Origin: Candidatus Kaiserbacteria bacterium | GTDB lineage: Bacteria > Patescibacteriota > Minisyncoccia > Phycocordibacterales > Phycocordibacteraceae | NCBI GenBank assembly: GCA_016217905.1 | Contig: JACRFL010000001.1 | Location: forward strand, 18,287 to 82,286 | DNA: 64,000 nucleotides | Direction: 5' to 3' | In this document: one piece after another, positions 57,173 to 64,000 of the stretch | How the letters are laid out: each line of letters begins with the position of its first letter | Position numbering within the stretch: the stretch's first letter is position 1 | The notes under the pieces: model-generated | The model's database searches: none | Seen by the model: only the letters and a program-made list of their open reading frames with translations | What the model was told of the DNA's origin: nothing | Position numbers and translations under genes: made by a program

Positions 57173-58624
57173 TTATCGCGGGCGCATGAGGGGGAAGATC
57201 TGCACCTCGCGTATCGACACGCCCTCGAGGAAGCTGAACAGGCGCTCGGAAACGCCGAAGCCGAACGCCGGCGGCATCCCATACTCGAGTGCTTCCACGA
57301 ACTCGGAGTCCAGCATCTGCGCCTCCGCATCCCCGGCGTCGCGCAGCTGCTGTTGATGAGCGAAACGCGCAGCCTGATCGACGGGATCGTTCAATTCGCT
57401 AAAACCTTTGCCGACCTCCGAACCGGCGAGTATAACTTGGAAGCGCTCGACGACGCGCGGATCTTTCGCGTCTTTCTTCGCGAGCGGCTCCAGATAGACC
57501 GGCACGTTGACCAGGAAGCCGGGACCCGAAAGCGTTTTTCGAATCTGTTTCCACGCGGTATCGACGAGACGCCCGATGTCGACCTCTTTCTCAAAGGGGA
57601 TTCCTTTTTCTGCGAGCACCGCTGTCCAGTCAGCATCCTCGTCAAGCGGATCGAGGTCGTATTCCTTCCGCATCAGCGCACAGAAGTCGTACGTCTCCCA
57701 TTCCGTATCGAAATCGATCGTGAAGTCTTTTATTTTAAAAACATGTGTACCGTAGACCTTGTCTGCGATGGTGCGATAGAGATCGGCGACCATTTCCATC
57801 CCCGCCTCGTAATCTTTGAACGCCTCGTAGAACTCGAGCTGGGTATAATCTTGAGCATGCTCCGCGGACATTCCTTCGTTGCGAAATACGCGGCCGATCT
57901 CGAATGTCTTCGGAAGGCCGGCGACCATAAGACGCTTCTGCCAGAGCTCGCCGGCCGAGATGCGCAGGTACACGTCCAGGTCGAGCGCGTTGTGGTGCGT
58001 GAGGAATGGCTGCGCTTCGGCGCCGCCGGTCGTCGTCTCCAAGACCGGCGTTTCCACCTCGATAAAATCCCGGACGAGAAAGTACGAGCGGATGACGTTC
58101 CAGAACTTCGAGCGCCGCTTTATGCGGTCGGCGAGATCTCTCGTGAGCAAGATATCGAGATAGCGTTTTCGGAACCGCTCGTCCTCGTCCTTGATGCCGA
58201 ACCATTCGTCCGGCAAGGGGCGGAGCGACTTTGCGAGCATGCGCCAGCTGGTCGCGTCGAGAGAGGGCTGGCCTCGCCTGGTGGTAAACGCCATGCCGGA
58301 GAATTCGACGATGTCGCCCGTGTCCACCGCGCCGGTAAAGAGATCGTATGGCGCATCCCCGAGCTTTTCCCGCTGCACGAAACACTGCCCTTTCGTGCCG
58401 TCGAATATGTCGACGAACAGCGAGCCTCCGTGCTCCCGCAAGGACATCACGCGTCCGGCGAGCACGACCTGCTCGCTGTTCCTCTCGAGCGTCCCGTGAT
58501 TCTCGAGAAAATCGTCGACGGCGTGGGTGCGCAGCGTGCGGGCCGGATACGGCTTCATGCCGGCCGCCTGAAGGCGGTCTATCTTTGCGAGTCGTTCCGC
58601 GCGCACCGTGTCGAGCAAAGCCAT
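57173..58624 (-). CDS. lysS: Lysine--tRNA ligase (class II)
   Basis: R.RYLD, EVETP.L, GGAEA.PF.T.HN, FEIGRVFRNEG, SELNDP..Q, YGMPP. Confidence 0.97.
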   Translation of the reverse strand: MALLDTVRAERLAKIDRLQAAGMKPYPARTLRTHAVDDFLENHGTLERNSEQVVLAGRVMSLREHGGSLFVDIFDGTKGQCFVQREKLGDAPYDLFTGAVDTGDIVEFSGMAFTTRRGQPSLDATSWRMLAKSLRPLPDEWFGIKDEDERFRKRYLDILLTRDLADRIKRRSKFWNVIRSYFLVRDFIEVETPVLETTTGGAEAQPFLTHHNALDLDVYLRISAGELWQKRLMVAGLPKTFEIGRVFRNEGMSAEHAQDYTQLEFYEAFKDYEAGMEMVADLYRTIADKVYGTHVFKIKDFTIDFDTEWETYDFCALMRKEYDLDPLDEDADWTAVLAEKGIPFEKEVDIGRLVDTAWKQIRKTLSGPGFLVNVPVYLEPLAKKDAKDPRVVERFQVILAGSEVGKGFSELNDPVDQAARFAHQQQLRDAGDAEAQMLDSEFVEALEYGMPPAFGFGVSERLFSFLEGVSIREVQIFPLMRPR

Positions 58625-58652
58625 ACGCCCTACTATACATCAGTTTTGGGGC

Positions 58653-59126
58653 CTAACTCACCTTTTCGATCGTATACGTCTGCTTGCCGGAGGGCGTGCT
58701 GAACGTGAACACGTCGCCTCTCTTCTTCCCCATCAAGGCGGCACCGAGCGGTGAGACGTGCGAGAGCTTCTTCACGCGCATATCGGCCTCCTCGCTGCCG
58801 ACGATGGTGTACTCGTGCACCTCGGCACTTCCCTCCTTCCGTATCGAAACTTTCGAACTGAACCCGACCTCGCTCTTCTTCTTCCCTTCGCTGATGATCG
58901 TCGTGTGTTTTAAGAGTTCCTCGAGCTTCTTTACGCGCTCCTCGGTCGCGGCCTGCAGGTCGCGCGCCTCCTGGTACTCGGCGTTCTCCGAAAGGTCGCC
59001 GAGCGACCGTGCGTATTCGAGGCTCCTGGCGATTTCGGTGCGACGCACCGTCTTCAGGTGCTCAAGCTCTTGTATCATTTCGTCGAACTTCTCTTGTGAG
59101 ACGACGGCGGTGTGTGCATCGGGCAT
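58653..59126 (-). CDS. greA: Transcription elongation factor GreA
   Basis: GDLSENAEY..A, IVG..EAD, SPLG.AL; ATG 59126 preferred because 59141 lies within a TACAAT -10 box. Confidence 0.95.
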   Translation of the reverse strand: MPDAHTAVVSQEKFDEMIQELEHLKTVRRTEIARSLEYARSLGDLSENAEYQEARDLQAATEERVKKLEELLKHTTIISEGKKKSEVGFSSKVSIRKEGSAEVHEYTIVGSEEADMRVKKLSHVSPLGAALMGKKRGDVFTFSTPSGKQTYTIEKVS

Positions 59127-59221
59127 ACGTTGTCCGGGCATTGTACGTGTCCCGCACTAACTTGCAAGTTTTTAGACAACCGACCATTCGCAAATATCCT
59201 TATCGGTGGCCGATTGGTCAT

Positions 59222-60922
59222 TCATAAGGATAGTGAATGTGCCGTTGTGGTAGCGGTACCGCCGACGTAGGAGGAATTTTTTGCGTGGAGCGCGTCGAGG
59301 AACAAGCGCATGACGTTCACCGCCTGGCTGCCGGAACCCTCGGGTCCGCGCTCGAGCACAACCGCAAAAGCGTACTGCGGGTCCTCGTACGGGAAGAACC
59401 CGACCACCCAGGAGTTGTCGTACTGATTCCTCGCGCCCGTCTGCGCGGTGCCAGTCTTCGCCGCCACGCTCACGTAGGGGACGTTGAGCGTGGCGGCGAG
59501 CGCGCTCGTTACCGCCTGACGCATCCCCTCCCGCACTGTCTGAAACGCGGAAGGAGAGGCGGGCACGGCCGCAAAAGACGGCGTTTCCCGGGGGACCAGG
59601 GCGGGCGTGTAGAGCCTTCCGCCGTTTGCGACCGCGGCGATCGCGCGTGCCATCTGAAGCGGCGTTACCTGCATCGAGTATTGGCCGATCGCGGTGAAGT
59701 ACGTGTCGCCAAGGTACCAGCGCTCGTTGAATGTCCCCTCTTTCCACGCAGGCGTCGGGATGAGTCCGCGCGCCTCGCCCGCAAGGTCTATGCCCGTCGG
59801 ACTCCCGAGGCCGAACTGCGCATACCAATATGCGAGCCGGTCGATGCCGAGCCCCTTCTGATTCCCGAAGCCGCCTCCGATCGTGTAGAAGAAAATGTCC
59901 GAAGACCACGCGATCGCCTTCTTCACGTCGACCGGACCGAGCGCCTTCCATCCCTTGTAGACGAACTCCTTGCCCGGCCGATACGGGTCTGGGATCGAGA
60001 TGAACCCGGTGTCAGTGATCACGGTTGCGGGCGTGATGAGTCCGTCGGTCAAGGCGCCGACGGCGACAAGAGGCTTCACGATTGAACCCGGCGCGTACAC
60101 GCCTTGTAGGGCGTGATCGAGGAACGGATGGCCGGGATCGGAGTTGTAGCGGGCGATAATCTCGGCGGGACCGCCCTTCGACAGGACGTTCGAATCATAG
60201 CTCGGGTACGAGACGAGCGCGCGCACCGCGCCGCTGTGCACGTCGAGGATGACGCCGGCGCCGGCGATGAAAGCCTTGTCGAGCGCCGTTTCCGCGATGG
60301 CGCGCGCAAGCGGCTCCTGCAGGCCGATATCGATCGAGACGCGCAGCGCCCCTCCGGGTTTTGCGGGAATGATCGTGCCCTCGGAACGGACGGTGCCGAA
60401 CACGTCCGTCTCGGTGAGAAGCTGGCCGTTCTCCCCGGAGAGCCACGCGTCGTGCTCCGCCTCGAGACCCGCGACGCCGCTCATCTTGGTGTCGTAGTAG
60501 ATACCCCTCGCATCCTTTTTTGGGTATGAGACGTAGCCGACGACGCGACTGACGGAAGAAAACGGATACACCCGCGCGATGCCGCCCCCTTCGCCCTCGG
60601 CATTCTCGGCGAGAACGGCGCCGCGCGCGTCGAGGATGACGCCGCGCGGCGCAAACAACGTCGTCGCTTCGAGGCTGTTGTGCGCGCTTGCCGCGGCGAA
60701 CGCGGCGCCGTTCGTTATCTGCAGATTCCCTGTGCGAACGAGGAGGACGGAGAACAGCGCAACGAGCGCCGCGGCGAACGCGCCGAAGGCGCGGGGCGTG
60801 AGCGGCTTCTCGATCTTCCCTTCGAGCCGGGCGCGGTCGAAGGCGGGAGCATTTGACGCGTCGAGGAAAATCTCGTCGGGCGCGATTTCAGAATCCCATC
60901 GGTGTTTCTGCCGCCAGAGCAT
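59222..60922 (-). CDS. mrdA: Penicillin-binding protein 2
   Basis: PRG.I.D, PGSIVK (SxxK), SSD, KTGTAQ; downstream of mreBC. Confidence 0.88.
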   Translation of the reverse strand: MLWRQKHRWDSEIAPDEIFLDASNAPAFDRARLEGKIEKPLTPRAFGAFAAALVALFSVLLVRTGNLQITNGAAFAAASAHNSLEATTLFAPRGVILDARGAVLAENAEGEGGGIARVYPFSSVSRVVGYVSYPKKDARGIYYDTKMSGVAGLEAEHDAWLSGENGQLLTETDVFGTVRSEGTIIPAKPGGALRVSIDIGLQEPLARAIAETALDKAFIAGAGVILDVHSGAVRALVSYPSYDSNVLSKGGPAEIIARYNSDPGHPFLDHALQGVYAPGSIVKPLVAVGALTDGLITPATVITDTGFISIPDPYRPGKEFVYKGWKALGPVDVKKAIAWSSDIFFYTIGGGFGNQKGLGIDRLAYWYAQFGLGSPTGIDLAGEARGLIPTPAWKEGTFNERWYLGDTYFTAIGQYSMQVTPLQMARAIAAVANGGRLYTPALVPRETPSFAAVPASPSAFQTVREGMRQAVTSALAATLNVPYVSVAAKTGTAQTGARNQYDNSWVVGFFPYEDPQYAFAVVLERGPEGSGSQAVNVMRLFLDALHAKNSSYVGGTATTTAHSLSL

Positions 60923-61182
60923 CACTCCATAGTACCTGCCAAAAGTCGACTGCGCACGAAGAAGGCGGCGACCGATACCGCGAGACCGGAAAGCGCTAAA
61001 ACGGGAATCGAACCGGACTCGGGCGCGAAGTAGAGCGCGTCAAGGAGTATCCCGACGGCAAGCGGCACCAAAGGCTCAAGCGGCGCGGACGCGAGCGCGA
61101 GGATCGCAGTGAGCGGCCACGGGAAGAATACCGCCGACAAGAGTGCGGAAAGCGCGAGCGCACCGCGGACCGCCCCGTTCAT
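60922..61182 (-). CDS. Small membrane protein in the mreD position
   Basis: 86 aa, almost entirely hydrophobic; overlaps mreC and abuts mrdA; GILLD motif. Confidence 0.65.
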   Translation of the reverse strand: MNGAVRGALALSALLSAVFFPWPLTAILALASAPLEPLVPLAVGILLDALYFAPESGSIPVLALSGLAVSVAAFFVRSRLLAGTME

Positions 61183-62018
61183 GGCAGCGTCGATGTCGCC
61201 TGGAAGATCGCGTCGAGGAGCTCCGCGCTCGGGCCGCGCAGCTCAAGCCAGGTGAGTGAAAAGAGATTTGTCGCCGGTTGGATGTGAATCGTGATTACCG
61301 GCAACAGCGGATCGTCATCGACGCGCGCGACGTTGCCGATGGGAAGCGCGCCCGGCCCCGGAACGAACACCGCGTCCCCGGCCTTTACCTCGACAGAGCG
61401 AGGAAGCGACGCGCGCAGCGTCCCGCCGCCCGCGCCGCGAAGCGTCACGGGCACCGCTCGGGGTCCGATCCATCCGTCCACACGCATGCCCGGAGCGGAA
61501 AAAAGCGTCACGCGGGAGAAGTCGGGGAACACCGCCGAAACGACGCCGATCGGCACGCCGCCGTCGGCAAACGCCTCCTGCCCGGCCGTGATGCCCGCTT
61601 TCGCACCCCGCGCAATGATGAGAGTGTCGTACGGGCTCGTCGGAGGCCGAGCGACGACGCCGGCGACGACGCCGCGCAGGCCTTCCGCTGACGATTCGGC
61701 GCCGATGAGCGCCGCGATACTCGACGCTTGTTGCAGGAGCGCGCGATTCTCGCTTCCGAGAGCCGCATTCTCCCGCGCGAGTCGCTCGTTCTCGAGGGTG
61801 AGAATCGTCGCGTTGCGGAAGCCGGAGAAAAAGGAGCGGCTCGCGGCGGCAAGAGCGTCCGCAGCGCGGAATACCGGAGCGGCCGCGTGCCAAAAGAGGT
61901 TCGGAGCGACAAGCCGCATGAGGAGTACGAGGACGGCGCACGCAAGCGCGAAAGCGCCCCACGAAGCGCGCGTTGAGGAAAGGAGCGCGTTACGTCTCGC
62001 TAAGAATGTCTTCCTCAT
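61179..62018 (-). CDS. mreC: Rod shape-determining protein MreC
   Basis: TM, L..EN.RL coiled coil, TLII.RG...G...G, IG.V; follows mreB. Confidence 0.88.
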   Translation of the reverse strand: MRKTFLARRNALLSSTRASWGAFALACAVLVLLMRLVAPNLFWHAAAPVFRAADALAAASRSFFSGFRNATILTLENERLARENAALGSENRALLQQASSIAALIGAESSAEGLRGVVAGVVARPPTSPYDTLIIARGAKAGITAGQEAFADGGVPIGVVSAVFPDFSRVTLFSAPGMRVDGWIGPRAVPVTLRGAGGGTLRASLPRSVEVKAGDAVFVPGPGALPIGNVARVDDDPLLPVITIHIQPATNLFSLTWLELRGPSAELLDAIFQATSTLP

Positions 62019-63042
62019 TGATGAAAAAGTCTTCGTACGGCGCCGGATCTTCGGTCACGGCGCCGGCGCCGCGCACGACCGCTGTCAACGGGTCGGGTGC
62101 GATTCGCACCGGCACGCCGAGCATCTTCGCGAATATCTGGGGCAATCCTCGCAAAAGAGCCCCGCCGCCGAAGACGGTTACGCCGTGTTGGAGCACGTCG
62201 GAGAGAAGTTCCGGAGGCGTCGCTTCGATGACCTCTTTCATCGTGTCCATCAAGGCGTCGAGCGAGGGCGTAACGGCCTCCCGAACATGCGCGTCAGTCA
62301 ACGTTATCTCGCGCGGAAGTCCCGTGGCATAGTCGCGCCCGCGCACGTTGCGAGAGAGCGTTTCCGTAAGCGGCACGACCGCACCGATCGTTATCTTCAC
62401 GTCCTCAGCGGTGCGCTCTCCGATGCCGAGCTTGAACTCGCTTCGCACGAAATCGATGATGTTCTCGTTGAAGCGGTCGCCCGCGACATGCGAGCTCTTC
62501 GCCGCAACGACGCCGCGCAGCGCGATGACCGCGATGTCGGTGGTGCCGCCGCCGATGTCGAGCACCATAGTGCCGACCGCTTCGAAGACCGGCAGCTTCG
62601 CGCCAATCGCGCCCGCAACCGGTTCTTCGAGAATGATCGCCTCGCGGGCGCCGGCGTTCTTGGCCGCGTCGCGCACCGCGCGGCTCTGCACGTTCGTGAC
62701 GCCGGTCGGTACGCCGATAACGACCCGGGGACCGAAGAGCCGCGCGCGCGCGCCCTGCGCCTTGTTGATGAGGTACGCGAGAAGTTCCTCCGTCACTTCG
62801 AAGTCGGAGATGACGCCGTGGCTTAGGGGGCGCACAACACGGATATGCGCGGGGGTCTTCCCGAGCATCGTCTTCGCCTCTTTCCCCACGGCGACAACCT
62901 GGTGGGTCTTGTCGTTGACCGCTACCACCGAAGGCTCGTTGATGACCACTCCCTTCCCGCGTACGTACACGAGAGTGTTCGCCGTGCCGAGATCAATAGC
63001 GATATCGTTGCTGAAGAGGAGGTTTTTGGAAAACTTTCTCAT
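61990..63042 (-). CDS. mreB: Rod shape-determining protein MreB
   Basis: IDLGTANT, EPSVVA, RPL..GVI.DF, DIGGGTTD, GERTAE.VK, GGGALL; start 63042 or 63048. Confidence 0.96.
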   Translation of the reverse strand: MRKFSKNLLFSNDIAIDLGTANTLVYVRGKGVVINEPSVVAVNDKTHQVVAVGKEAKTMLGKTPAHIRVVRPLSHGVISDFEVTEELLAYLINKAQGARARLFGPRVVIGVPTGVTNVQSRAVRDAAKNAGAREAIILEEPVAGAIGAKLPVFEAVGTMVLDIGGGTTDIAVIALRGVVAAKSSHVAGDRFNENIIDFVRSEFKLGIGERTAEDVKITIGAVVPLTETLSRNVRGRDYATGLPREITLTDAHVREAVTPSLDALMDTMKEVIEATPPELLSDVLQHGVTVFGGGALLRGLPQIFAKMLGVPVRIAPDPLTAVVRGAGAVTEDPAPYEDFFINEEDILSET

Positions 63043-63044
63043 AC

Positions 63045-64000
63045 TCACGAAGCGAGGATCTCCGCGTGAGATTTCTTCTCCACCGCACCCGTTACGCGCC
63101 GGACTACTTCAAAAACGCCAGTCGCGACCGCATCCTTGCCAACGACAATTCTGTGCGGCATGCCCAAGAGATCGCTCTCCGCGAATTTCTCTCCGGCGCG
63201 CAGGTCGCGGTCGTCGTACAGGACTTCAACGTCTGCTTCGACAAGCTCAGCATAAACGCTTTCAGCTAACTTCGAAATATCGTCGCCTTCGCGGCCCAGA
63301 GAAACGAGATGATATTTGAAAGGCGCGACGCTCTCGGGCCACACGAGGCCTTTCCCATCGGAAAATATTTCAACTATAGTTCCCATAAGCCGTGTTATGC
63401 CGATGCCGTAGGAGCCAAGAATGACAGGCTTCTCGACGCCGTCTTCGTCGCGGAAGTAGAGTCCAAGCTGTTTCGATTTAACGTCACCGAAGCTGAATAT
63501 ATTGCCAACCTCTGCGGCTCTGACCTCTTCAAGTTCATCGCGCGAAACACCCATCTGCTCCATGCCCGACTCAAGTACCTCTTTATTGATGGCTTGTCCC
63601 TTCCCTCGATGCAAATAGATGACATCTTCCCCCGCGTCGCACAGTGTCTGAAATTCGTGACTAAATTGTGTGAAAGCGCCACCGGAGGCAAAGGTTGGAA
63701 ATGTCCGGTCGCCGAGTCCTATCCGTTCGAAAACGCGCTTGTACGCTTCCATTGTTTTCCCATAAAAATTCTGATGTTCTTCCTCGCTGACGGAATAGGA
63801 GTACATATCTTTCATTATGAATTCACGACCACGCATGATGCCACTCTTTGCGCGTAGTTCATTGCGAAGTTTTGTTTGGAATTGGTACACGTATGCCGGC
63901 AAGTCGCGATAGCTGGCGATGAAATGCTTCATCATGTCTGTGATTGGCTCCTCATGCGACCATCCCAGTCCGACTTCGGCTCCGCTCTTGAGCTGCGATT
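63045..64000 (-). CDS. proS: Proline--tRNA ligase, C-terminal part (gene begins beyond window)
   Basis: SY.DLP..YQ...K.R.E.R...G.MR.REF.MKD.YS, EVGNIF, GSYGIG..R, DDR...AG.KF...DL.G; frame stays open to window end. Confidence 0.95.
   Translation of the reverse strand, partial: SQLKSGAEVGLGWSHEEPITDMMKHFIASYRDLPAYVYQFQTKLRNELRAKSGIMRGREFIMKDMYSYSVSEEEHQNFYGKTMEAYKRVFERIGLGDRTFPTFASGGAFTQFSHEFQTLCDAGEDVIYLHRGKGQAINKEVLESGMEQMGVSRDELEEVRAAEVGNIFSFGDVKSKQLGLYFRDEDGVEKPVILGSYGIGITRLMGTIVEIFSDGKGLVWPESVAPFKYHLVSLGREGDDISKLAESVYAELVEADVEVLYDDRDLRAGEKFAESDLLGMPHRIVVGKDAVATGVFEVVRRVTGAVEKKSHAEILAS

Overview
A gene-dense, GC-rich 64-kb stretch of core chromosome from a small-genome bacterium, most likely Patescibacteria/CPR (Parcubacteria-like). 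That assignment is inferred from the shortened AlaRS, AspRS and MnmA, CPR-type hypothetical proteins and the scarcity of Shine-Dalgarno motifs; genetic code 11. Contents: nine aminoacyl-tRNA synthetases (leuS and proS partial), infA-rpmJ-rpsM-rpsK-rpsD-rpoA-rplQ-rplM-rpsI, grpE-dnaK-dnaJ, split cell-wall/division clusters (dac-mraY-ftsW-murG; mraZ-rsmH-ftsL?-ftsI-murF; mreB-mreC-orf-mrdA), scpAB, dnaB, recR, rmuC, greA, tRNA-Tyr(GTA) and tRNA-Glu(CTC). A small nuclease/repair/toxin-antitoxin islet lies at 5.9-10.1 kb. I found no CRISPR array, rRNA, transposase or integrase. The most unusual signals are: (1) short palindromic elements sitting in frame inside essential genes, namely an identical 26-bp hairpin encoding VGRTTSYM in both alaS and gltX plus other inserts in grpE, rsmH and infA; (2) a pervasive TAnnnT-N6/7-ATG leaderless promoter architecture, often with CGY just before the start codon, including bidirectional -10 boxes shared by divergent genes; (3) an antitoxin-RelE-(p)ppGpp hydrolase three-gene operon with a 28-bp operator; (4) a DEAD-box helicase ORF that runs through a terminator hairpin; (5) a class-2-like PyrD with altered active-site motifs. 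All family assignments come from motif recognition by eye; no database searches were run.
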